Source of the DNA: Lingula anatina | Lineage: Eukaryota > Animalia > Brachiopoda | DNA: 64,000 bases | Reading direction: 5' to 3' | Assembly: GCA_051362555.1 (NCBI GenBank) | Contig: CM120645.1 | Coordinates: 1,054,001-1,118,000, forward strand | Part shown: positions 41,756 to 52,244 of the stretch, piece after piece | Numbering within the stretch: the first letter of the stretch is position 1 | How the letters are laid out: every line of letters starts with the position of its first letter | Notes under the pieces: model-generated | Database searches by the model: none | The model's input: only the letters and a program-made list of their open reading frames with translations | Told to the model about the DNA's origin: nothing | Program-made: the position numbers and the translations under genes

Positions 41756-44127
41756 CTGGGAGGGGAAAAAAACATGCAGCGGAATCGTGATTTTATTTTT
41801 TTTTTTCATCTTTTGTCGGAAATTCAATGATGTTGTTCATTTTTAATATCTTAGAATTGATGGCAACATAATAATGATGTGAAATGTTTGTGTCTTAGTG
41901 GTATTAGGCGTTTAGTGTTGTGTAAGTAGCATTAGAACGTATACGTAGGTATATTTTCCATCTCATGCGGTAACACTGATGGGGATGTCATCATAACAGG
42001 GTAAGATTCTTTCAAGCGTTGTTCCTTAAATGGGATGAATGCCGACAAACCCAAGTTGTGGAGTCGAAATTAAGATTGATGCTTTCGTTGGAACTTAAAA
42101 TGAATCCAAAATTTCAACATTCTTTTCTTTTTTCTTTCTTTATTTTTTTATTATTTTTTTTTTTTGGGGGGGGGGGTTGTCTTCCTATTTTAAGCTCAGC
42201 GGAATTAGCGTAGCCTCAACTTGATAACTCTCTCTCTCTGTCTCTCTCTTTCTCTTTCTTTCTCTCTCTCTCTCTCTCTCTCCACCCCCACACAGCCCGA
42301 CATCCACGAGTTGTGACAAATTTGAAGTAGTTGGCAGTGTTTATAAGGATGTTTCTCCACAAGTCCGCGGTAATCGTGCTGCTATTGACTGTTGATATTG
42401 ACTGGTGTCTTGAGAAAAGATCGATGAAGTGTCAGCAGCATTCCGGCGTCGAGATGCTCATCACTCGGGGAACTTTATCTCGGGGGCCATGACACCACCA
42501 CACCAGAGCCATCTAGTGGTCGTTTTTACTTCAAAAATATTTGGAGCTGTTAAACTGTTATATTTTATATAACGGTTTGATGTCAGATTTCCTAGTTATG
42601 CGAACGTGAAAACAATAGGGGTAAATTGAGAGAAAATTGACAAAAAAAGTATAGGTACTATTTTTAGATGAATTTTGGTAGAATTGGAAAATAGTCCAAA
42701 AATAATGCTCTATCATTATTATCTTTTTTTTTCAATCATAAAGCTTACATTTACACATATATTAGCTTTGTGTGTGTGTGTGTGTATATGTTTTTTTTTT
42801 TTTTTCTAATTTCAAGTATGTACCATAATAATATCATAGATACAATGTTTATTAAATCTAACCGGAATTCATATGTAAACATTCATAATATTCTTATGCC
42901 CTCCATGTGTTTTCCACCTCGCTGTTTTGACATGAAGGCTCGATTACTTAATATTTATATCTGAATTATTATATAGGTGTATTTGGGATATTTCATCACT
43001 TAAAACATTCTTGCCAAAGTCCTAATCTAAGATTAATCTGTTCTCACTGACTATAAAAATTGCAATATAAGTCATCTCATCAGAGTCTTAGTAATGCGTT
43101 AATCCCCTCTCACGAGACACCCGATCAACTCGGACGCTTGGATGAGATAAAAACAATCTGAAGATAAAGTAAACAGCGCCGTAGCTAATATTTGACAAGA
43201 GCTCCGCGTTTTTGTCATTCAAAGCTGTCAAGCTGTCACCTCTGGTGTCTAATTGGATCACATTTGTCACCCGAGAGCTGACGGGACGTGCCTGCGTCAC
43301 CGGGGAGGGGAGAGTGGGGGGGGGGGGTTGACGACGTCTGGAAAATCACGCACGCGTCACGTGTGGACCTGGATGATTAAGGTGCTTATGTTACGGTGGG
43401 AATTGTTTTCAAATGACAATTTTCTTTTTGTTAAGCGCGCGCGCGTGTTTGTGCGTGCGTGCGTGCGTGTGAGTGTGTGGTGTGTATGTGCATGTGTCTG
43501 AGAGAATGTGTGTAAGTATGTGTGTGTGTGCGAGCGCGCGATTATGTATGTGCGCACGTTCGTATGTGTATATTGCGCGTATTAAGAAATTTATCAATAA
43601 TAAAGTTCCTTTATATGTGCCGGTATCAGAAAACTTATTTCCATTTCATTTGTAACTGAAATGCAGTTAAACATCAGTAAAAGAGTCTTAAATAGTTCAA
43701 TGTACAGATCTGTATTCATATCATCGCAGATTATCAGAAGACCGGTGCACACCTCTGTGACTTTGCTGAACGAGATTTCATATAATTTTTCCTTTGCTTC
43801 GCTAGTCAAACCTTTCACTGCAAGTTATCAGCTGAAAACGCGGTTCCTTGAGGCGATTGCACTTTGGTATACGTACACTGCTCTGGAGAAGACGCAAGAC
43901 ACAGAACAATGTGATGGTCGCAACTACCGCAATCCTTGCCTTGGATTGTCACTGTGTCACATTTCTCACAGTAATACTGTTTTCATTTATCATACCTTTG
44001 GAGATTTTTGATAATCGTTATTGTTAAAAATATGTTTGAAATCATACACCGCCAACGAAGTGTATTGAGACTCCCACTGATACTGATGCCTTAACAAGTG
44101 AATTTAGGGAAAGGATTTTTTAAAAGA

Positions 44128-44200
44128 TGGTTCCGCCCGGGATCGAACCGGGGACCTTCTGCGTGTTAGGCAGATGTGATAACCGCTACACCACGGAGCC
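44128..44200 (-). tRNA. tRNA-Val-AAC: tRNA-Val(AAC) copy 1
   Basis: GGCTCCGTGGTGTAGCGGTTATCACATCTGCCTAACACGCAGAAGGTCCCCGGTTCGATCCCGGGCGGAACCA folds as a cloverleaf with A and B boxes and anticodon AAC; a T-run terminator follows. Confidence 0.95.
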
Positions 44201-44855
44201 GACATACTTCACATATACAGACTCATTTCCTCGCTGTAGAAGAGGCTCTTAATGTGCCTGACCAAAACAATATGGTATTTACATATCTTTATCATATTAG
44301 CTACTAATGAAAGTTGCATACTTTAATATGCTTAAAAGCATATTAGTTGCATACTTTAATATGCTTAAAAGCATCTTGTCATATCATCGCAATTAAAACT
44401 GACCCAATGCCACTGATGTGTTTCTGTATGTCTTAAAGAAACAGTACAGGCTTCCATTATATTCTTTCTTGTATAGCGATAATTACACAGATATTCTCTG
44501 CTTACATTCTTCTGTGCTTTGCTGACTGGAGGGAAAATAAATAGTTCAAAATTCACGGAGAAATTTGAAGAGGATACAGTTTTAGAACTGTGCTTTGAGC
44601 TTGTGGATTTTATCTGCCTCTTGTAGGAAATTTAAACTACTAAGAAATATACCCATTACCAGGGCTACAGATTGATTTTTCAATGGAAATTCACAGATAT
44701 CTCTCGAGATAAATAAATATAGAAACTTTTCTGCACTGTCAAAGTTAAGAGAAAAGTGCACAATATATCACGACCCTGGTAGAGGATATAACAAGACATG
44801 TTCTTTCGCTATTTCACATATATGTATCTTTGATTTTGTGAAGTGATATAAAAAG

Positions 44856-44928
44856 TGGTTCCGCCCGGGATCGAACCGGGGACCTTCTGCGTGTTAGGCA
44901 GATGTGATAACCGCTACACCACGGAGCC
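44856..44928 (-). tRNA. tRNA-Val-AAC: tRNA-Val(AAC) copy 2
   Basis: Identical to copy 1; TTTTT terminator just downstream. Confidence 0.95.
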
Positions 44929-45555
44929 GACATGCGTCATGCTCTCAGACTCATTTCTACCCTCTAGAACGGGCTTATTATGTGCCTGACCAAAACAATA
45001 TAGCTTGTAATTACATATGTATATCAGGCGATGCATATTAGCCATAAATTTAAGCTACATATTAAGCGATTACTCATGTCAAATAATTAAATAGACCAAA
45101 CGATAGTATGGCTTAAAGACACAGACACAGAGTTCTATTTCATTATTTCTCGGAGAGCGAAAATCAAAGATGTTCTCTGCTTACATTCTGAACTTTGCGG
45201 TATGGAGGGAAAATAAAAAGGTCAAAATTTACGGAGAAATTTGAAGAAAATTCAGTTTTACAGTCTTTTTCTGTAGCTCGAGTTGGTTTTTGGTCTGCGT
45301 ATTTTATTTATGTTGTTATTATATAGTATATAGTATAATTGTCACCTATGGTAATGGGTTTATAACAGAATTTACATTTAATATAAGTATAAACACTAAG
45401 TATAAACCTATCTCAATATGGTAACTATATAATTGTTTGGTCATAGCCTTTGTAAAATTGTGCTAAAATGAATAAAGATTATTATTATTATTATTACTAT
45501 TATATATTTTTGGTTCTCATGTATCTTTGAATTTGTGAAGTGATTTTAAAAAAAG

Positions 45556-45628
45556 TGGTTCCGCCCGGGATCGAACCGGGGACCTTCTGCGTGTTAGGCA
45601 GATGTGATAACCGCTACACCACGGAGCC
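45556..45628 (-). tRNA. tRNA-Val-AAC: tRNA-Val(AAC) copy 3
   Basis: Identical to copy 1; T-run terminator. Confidence 0.95.
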
Positions 45629-46235
45629 GACATACTTCAATAATTGGGTCTCATTTCTACGCTCTAGAGTGGCGTTAATTGTAACTTCGTGACTGAAACA
45701 ATATAATTTGAAATTAGAAATGAACGCCCAATGGTCAGATAGCTTACTTTTCATATATTTGTGCATGTGGTTAAATATCAGTAAAATCAGTATAATTTCT
45801 TTAAGAGGCAGTATTCGGAAGTTTGTGCTTATAAACGCAGACTTCCATAAAGCCAGCGCAGACGTTTGTGGTTTTTCTGAGCGTCTTTTAAAGTATTTCC
45901 CACACTGCCTTTGAATATCGCTCTGCAAAACTTCTTTTAGATGGCATCACACGTTAAGAACTGTGCTTTGAGCTTGTGGATTATATCTGTCTCTTGTAAG
46001 AAAGTAAAACTACTAAAAAATATACCCTCTACCAGGGCTACAAATTGATTTTTCCCTGGAAATTCACAGATATCTCTCGAGATAAATAAATGTGGGTACT
46101 TTTCTGCACTGTCAAAATTAAGAGAAAAGTGCACAAAATATCACGACCCTGGTGGAGGTTATAATATACATAACAAGACATGTTCTTTCGGTATTTCATA
46201 TATGAATCTTTGATTTTGTGAAGTGATATAAAAAA

Positions 46236-46308
46236 TGGTTCCGCCCGGGATCGAACCGGGCACCTTCTGCGTGTTAGGCAGATGTGATAACCGCTACACC
46301 ACGGAGCC
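46236..46308 (-). tRNA. tRNA-Val-AAC: tRNA-Val(AAC) copy 4 (C48G variant)
   Basis: One substitution, at 46261 (variable loop AGGTG instead of AGGTC). Confidence 0.9.
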
Positions 46309-46887
46309 AACATGTTTGATAGTTATAGACTCATTTCTACGTTCTAGACTTAATTTTGAATGTGTGACAGAAACAATATAATTTGTAATCAGAAAAGAAC
46401 ATCCAATGGTCAGATAACTTATTTTTCTTTAATTTGTGCTAAAAATATAGTTAGAAATCAGCAAAAATACTCAAAATTTTGTACTTAAAAACGCAGACTG
46501 CTAAAAGGCCATCGCAGACGTTTGTGGTTTTTCTGAACATCTTTTTAAATATTCCCCACTCTGCCTTGCTCGGCAAAACTTCTTTTAGATGGCATTACAC
46601 GTCAAGGACTGTGCTTTGAGCATGTGGATTTTATCTGTCTCCTGCAAGTAACTGGAATTACTAATAAATATACCCTCTAACAGGGCTACAAATTGATTTT
46701 TCACTGGATAAACACAGATATCTCTCGAAATAAATAAATGTGGGCACTTTTCTGCACTGTCAAAGTTAAGAGAAAAGTGCACAAAGATATCTCGACTCTG
46801 GTAGAGGATATAACGATACCTAACAGAACTTGCACTTTCGCTTCTTACACGTATACCTGCATGAATTTTGTAAAGTGATATAAAAAG

Positions 46888-46960
46888 TGGTTCCGCCCGG
46901 GATCGAACCGGGGACCTTCTGCGTGTTAGGCAGATGTGATAACCGCTACACCACGGAGCC
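46888..46960 (-). tRNA. tRNA-Val-AAC: tRNA-Val(AAC) copy 5
   Basis: Identical to copy 1. Confidence 0.95.
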
Positions 46961-47449
46961 GACATACTTTAATTTTTCAGACTCATTTCTTCCCCCCCAG
47001 AACGGGCTTATTATTTGCCTGACCAAAACAATATGGTTTGTATTTACATATCTTAATAATACGAAGCAGATTAGCCATAAATGAAAGATGCATATTAAGC
47101 GATTACTCATGTCAAATCATCGCAACTAAGACTGATCGTACGTGTATGCCACTGAGGTGTTTCTGTTAGTATTGCTTAAAGAAACAGCACAGTACATTAT
47201 TTCTAGAAAAGCGATAATCTCAAAGGTATTTTCTACTTACTGTCTGTGCTTTGCGCCCCGAAGGAATACACATTTTCAAATTTACAACATAATTTCAAGA
47301 AGGTGCAGTTTTATAGTGTTATTCTGTTGCCCAAGTTGTTTTTTGTTCCATGGATTTTATATGTGTTTTGTAATAATATATATACGTTACAGGGTATGTA
47401 CCTTTGCTTCTCATATATTCATGAATTTTGTGAAGTTATAAAAAAAATA

Positions 47450-47522
47450 TGGTTCCGCCCGGGATCGAACCGGGGACCTTCTGCGTGTTAGGCAGATGTG
47501 ATAACCGCTACACCACGGAGCC
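47450..47522 (-). tRNA. tRNA-Val-AAC: tRNA-Val(AAC) copy 6
   Basis: Identical to copy 1. Confidence 0.95.
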
Positions 47523-47901
47523 CACATGCTTCCTTTTTACAAACTCATTTCTAGGCTCCAGACTCGGTCTATTTGTGCCTGCGTGACAGAAACAATACAA
47601 TTTGTAGTCAGAAATGATCATCCGACGGTCAGATAACTTATTTTTCTTTTATTTGTGCTAAAAATATGGTTAGAAATCAGCAAAGAATTTAAAAGAGTCA
47701 ATACTCAAAATTTTGTACTTAAAAACACAGACTGCTAAAAGGCCAGCGCAGACGTTTGTGGTTTTTCTGAACATCTTTTTAAATATTCCCCACACTGCCT
47801 TGCTCGGCAAAACTTCTTTTAGATGGCATCACACGTCAAGAACTGTGCTTTGAGCATGTGGATTTTATCTGTCTCCTGTAAGTACCTGGAACTACTAATA
47901 G

Positions 47902-47932
47902 CAGACACGTAGCCAGAAATTTCAAAAGGGGG

Positions 47933-47970
<38 letters not shown>

Positions 47971-48087
47971 AAAATGTGGACCTTATCCCATAAAAACTTC
48001 ATGTACATAGATCAAATTTTACCCAGAGGGGACCTTTCCCCAGCAAAAGGGGCGGTTCTGCGAACACCCCCCCTGGCTACGAGCCTG
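47902..48087. mobile_element. Non-autonomous DNA transposon (MITE) with CAG...CTG termini and a 5-bp TSD
   Basis: Terminal inverted repeats cagacacgtagccag / ctggctacgagcctg match at 13 of 15 positions. Direct repeat aatag at 47897-47901 and 48088-48092. Absent from the homologous spacer near 46650-46680. Confidence 0.8.
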
Positions 48088-48268
48088 AATAGTATTTACA
48101 GATATCTCTCGAGATAAATAAATGTGGGTACAGACTGTCAAAGTTAAGAGAAAAGTGCACAAAGATATCTCGACTCTGGTAGAGGATATAATAAAGATAC
48201 GGAACAGAACTTGCACTTTCGCTTCTTACACGTGTACCTGCATGAATTTTGTAAAGTGATATAAAAAG

Positions 48269-48341
48269 TGGTTCCGCCCGGGATCGAACCGGGGACCTTC
48301 TGCGTGTTAGGCAGATGTGATAACCGCTACACCACGGAGCC
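48269..48341 (-). tRNA. tRNA-Val-AAC: tRNA-Val(AAC) copy 7
   Basis: Identical to copy 1. Confidence 0.95.
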
Positions 48342-48981
48342 GACATGCTTCATTTTCACAAACTCACCTCTACGCTCCAGACTGGGGCTATTTGTGACTG
48401 CGTGACCAAAACAATATAATGTATCATATTTACATAATTTTATGTGATAGAGATAAGATTTGTAAGAGTCTTTTAAAAACTGATGCTAATATATCATATA
48501 CAGTATAGGACATACTAGTATAGGCCTATTCTCGTTTCTTCCATTGACATTAAAGGTGAAATATCCGTTCGTGCTTGCGAGCCTGGGGTACGGATCGCTA
48601 ACGCCGCATTAACAACTCGTGATGAAACCGCTATATCACTGCTCTATCGTGAAATTAATGTTTGCGAGCACTGAGATGCAAATCTCGAAGCGATAACCCG
48701 TTTACCTACCCGTTATGTACGTTCCGTATGTGCAGGTGGTGATCGACACGACATTACTCCCGTTTTGAAAATGTCGCAGCGTTGATAAAAAGAACCCTTA
48801 TGTAAACAGCGGGAGATCGAAATGTATGTTCTCGATCTTTTTGTGATTCTAGCGACCACTGCTTTCAAATTGGCGTCATGATATCGAGGCCGTTCATTTG
48901 TCAGTCGCGCTCGCAAATCCGTGGCTAGAGATAATCGAGGCCTGCTTCGGGTTATTGAATTTAAGTAAGGGGTGAAAAAAA

Positions 48982-49054
48982 TGGTTCCGCCCGGGATCGA
49001 ACCGGGGGCCTTCTGCGTGTTAGGCAGATGTGATAACCGCTACACCACGGAGCC
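48982..49054 (-). tRNA. tRNA-Val-AAC: tRNA-Val(AAC) copy 8 (T47C variant)
   Basis: Plus strand reads accgggggcc instead of accggggacc, so the variable loop is AGGCC. Confidence 0.92.
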
Positions 49055-49151
49055 GACATACTTCATTCTTTCAGACTCATTTCTACAATCTAGAACGGGC
49101 CTATTATGTGCCTGACCACTGCAGTTGTGGTTTGTATTTACATATATTTAT

Positions 49152-49316
49152 CAGGGTTGAATTTAGGCCGTCTTCTGGGCCCCTGGAAGACGGTCAGATT
49201 TTCAAGTTTACATTGACGGGTATCTAATTTTTTGTCGGAAGACGGTCAAAAATGGAGGGTGGATCAATGAAGATAATTTGGAAGCCTGTCAGAAAATATC
49301 TCTGGATCCGCCCCTG
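49152..49316. mobile_element. Second MITE with CAGGG...CCCTG termini and a 5-bp TSD
   Basis: Flanked by tttat at 49147-49151 and 49317-49321. The empty site ctttatcatattag is present in the paralogous spacer at about 44287-44300. Confidence 0.8.
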
Positions 49317-49725
49317 TTTATCATATTAGCCATAATGAAAGATGAATATTAAGCGATTACTTAAGTCAAATCATCGCAACTAAGACTGACCGTATGCCAC
49401 CGAGGTGTTTCTGTTTGTATGGCTTAAAGAAACAGCACACTACATTATTTCTCGAAAAGCGATAATAACAAAGGTCTTTTCTGCTTACTTTCTGTGCTTT
49501 GCGCACCGAAGGGACACATATTTTCAAGTTTTCAACATAATTTGAAGAAGATGCAGTTTAACAGTGTTTTTCTGTTGCCCAAGTTGTTTTTATTTATTTA
49601 TTTATTTATTTATTTATTTTTTGTTTCATGGATTTTATTTGTGTTTTGTAATAATATATGTACGTTACAGGGTATGTACTTTTGCTTCTTATGTATTTAT
49701 GAATTTTGTCAAGTGATATAAAAAG

Positions 49726-49798
49726 CGGTTCCGCCCGGGATCGAACCGGGGACCTTCTGCGTGTTAGGCAGATGTGATAACCGCTACACCACGGAGCC
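49726..49798 (-). tRNA. tRNA-Val-AAC: tRNA-Val(AAC) copy 9 (A73G discriminator variant)
   Basis: Body identical to copy 1, but plus-strand 49726 is c, giving discriminator G73. Confidence 0.9.
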
Positions 49799-50231
49799 CA
49801 TGTAACACTTTATAGAAGACTCATTTTAACGCTCTTTTAGGGGCTAATTGTGACTGCGTGACCAAATAGTATGGCTTTAAGAAACAGCACAGAATTCCAT
49901 TGGACGGCGTCCTTTCTGCGTCCTTTGTGCGACCATGAAACTGGCATCGCTGTGGTCGTAGAAAGGAGGCACAAGCATCGCTTTGGTTGCAGAATGAATG
50001 CTCAATGATCAGCCAGTTGTCGGCACATAAAATATATAGTTTTGTTTACTCTCAAACGGGGCCGTACCACATGACGCATAAAGGACGCCGCCCAGTGTAA
50101 AGGGGACTTTACATTATTTCTCGACAGATATTCTCTGCTTACTTTCTGTGCTATGCAGACGGAAGGGAAACAAATTTTCAAATTCATAATTTGAAGAAGA
50201 TGCAATTTTACTGTGCTTTTTTGCACGAGTT

Positions 50232-50263
<32 letters not shown>

Positions 50264-50386
50264 TTCTATGGATTTTATTTGTGTCTTGTAAGGAACTGTT
50301 TCTAATAATACATGTACGTTACAGGGTATTTACTTTTGCTTTTTATTAAATATGTGTCTTTTTTATTTAGGTAAGGTTTATAAAAA

Positions 50387-50459
50387 TGGTTCCGCCCGGG
50401 ATCGAACCGGGGACCTTCTGCGTGTTAGGCAGATGTGATAACCGCTACACCACGGAGCC
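50387..50459 (-). tRNA. tRNA-Val-AAC: tRNA-Val(AAC) copy 10
   Basis: Identical to copy 1. Confidence 0.95.
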
Positions 50460-51135
50460 GATATGCGTAACATTTTAAGACTCATTTCTACGTTCCAGAC
50501 TGAGGTTAATTTTGAATGCGTGACAGAAACAATATAATTTACATATCTTTATGTGATGAAGATTTGCATTTTGTCTTCTATTTATAAAGTTTGGTTTCTC
50601 TTTTTCATCTAAATAATCTTCCAAATAGACATCTATTTATTTCAAATGCAACGCTTTTTTTTTGACAGTGGAAAAGATTTTGCGATATGAAAATTACGAA
50701 CTTAGGGAGTATATTTGGTGGTTATTACAACGTGCGATACAATTGTCATTATACCTGTCTATTTGACTTCAATGATACAATTTATTGTAACATGAAAACA
50801 GGTGATAAAACTTATATTTTATATCGATAGCAAAAAGATTAATTTATACGAGATTTTGAAGATGAATGCGGGCGCAATGCGAAAGGACAAAATTTTGCAA
50901 TTCCATTAGTTATATGTTGTACCATGATTTTTTTTTTACTAATAGTCTGAAATTATTCTTGTCGATAGTCATCTTCCCAATGGATATCAAATCACCTGCC
51001 ATCAGGTCAGAAAAATAAACTGTCCTTCACACTGATAAAACTGTCGTGAACACCTTAGGTGACCTTTTCACAACCACCTGTCATTCCCGCTGTCTTAAAT
51101 CCTTTCCCAGGGCCGACATATACTGCATATTCAAA

Positions 51136-51429
51136 ATGGCTGCAAGGCATTTTGATCGAATCATTATCATCGTCTTGGCATCAACAGTTGCAGTGACAAC
51201 CCAGTCCGCGCAATCCAAGGGCCAAAATTACATCAAAGCGTTGGAACTTTTCAAGTTAAAAACCTACATTTCTCACCTGTCCAAGAAGTTAGTTAATGAC
51301 TGCAGACACGTGAACCCCCTGTCTCCGGACGGAGGGTTGTTCGGGTTGCGAGCCGTGAGGATGTTACACATGGCGGACCTGGATCTGGAGATAGAACTGA
51401 AAACCAAACTTCTGGAGGGATTGACACAC
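51136..51429 (+). CDS. Secreted mucin-stalk / C-type lectin-like protein, exon 1 (signal peptide plus helical region)
   Basis: aaaATGG Kozak context; MAARHFDRIIIIVLASTVAVTTQSAQS is signal-peptide-like. Donor CAC|gtaggt is phase 0 and matches the acceptor at 52245. Confidence 0.7.
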
Positions 51430-52244
51430 GTAGGTATATACGTAAACATCATGTCAAATCTGGCCACTGCATACTTATCTTTTACTATTTTGAAATTGTG
51501 CTCACATGAACAATAAGTTTATTCTTGTTTTCTTATGTGTCTTCAAAAATAAAATTTGTGAGGCGCAAAATTGCAAAACACTTTCTGATGGTAATCGATC
51601 CCCCAGTTTGAAAGGGATGTGCTTTCTTTATTTACCAGTAGTGGACACAGCGAGGCTGTAAAAACGATGGGTTTTGTTTCTTGGTGGTAAGATTTGGCTT
51701 CCTTGGGCTTGGCTTCTTTGTAGGTACATTCTGGACAAAACCTTGTAAGACTGTGCGAAGCGTTCCTTGCGGCAAAATTATCTGTCCGGCAATGTCCATC
51801 TGCTTTTGCACCATTCTAACGTTCAGCAAAAATTATGTAACACACTGTGTCGTTCAGTTTAAGCACCTTGACATCTGCTACTTCTATGCAAAATTTCAAA
51901 ATCATCTGTGTGGGCGTTGTCCGGATATTGAGACTTTTTTTGACTGAACCATGCTCTGCTACACTTATACTTGGACCATCCCAAAGAGTACTACCCAAGG
52001 AAATCACCACATATTACGTAATGTAGCTGTGTTTCCGACAAGGCAGTCAGTTAATTGATGCTGCGAACATGACTACACGTTTCTCTACTCACACATTTCA
52101 CATGTGATGCATGTTTTTTAAAATAGGCAGTGCCTTTTTCCTACACATACCTTTTGAACTAAAATATTCAATAGTTTATGTCCAGTCTGTATTATTATTA
52201 CTTTATTCTAGTAAAACATTGATATATATTTGTTTCTTTTACAG

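Larger units (their letters stand above)
44100..50560. repeat. Diverged tandem repeat array (units about 560-820 bp), one tRNA-Val per unit
   Basis: Start-to-start spacings are 728, 700, 680, 652, 562, 819, 713, 744 and 661 bp. Spacers share homologous blocks, e.g. gaactgtgctttgagc.tgtggatt and cagatatctctcgagataaataaat. Confidence 0.92.

Noticed and set aside
46038-48346. Repeated ORFs 'M(S/L)APWCSGYHICLTRRR...'
   Set aside because: These are translations of the tRNA-Val genes and their spacers.
44128-50459. CRISPR-like array (identical repeats with variable spacers)
   Set aside because: The repeats are 73-nt tRNA genes, the spacers are 490-750 bp and mutually homologous, there are no cas genes, and the context is eukaryotic.
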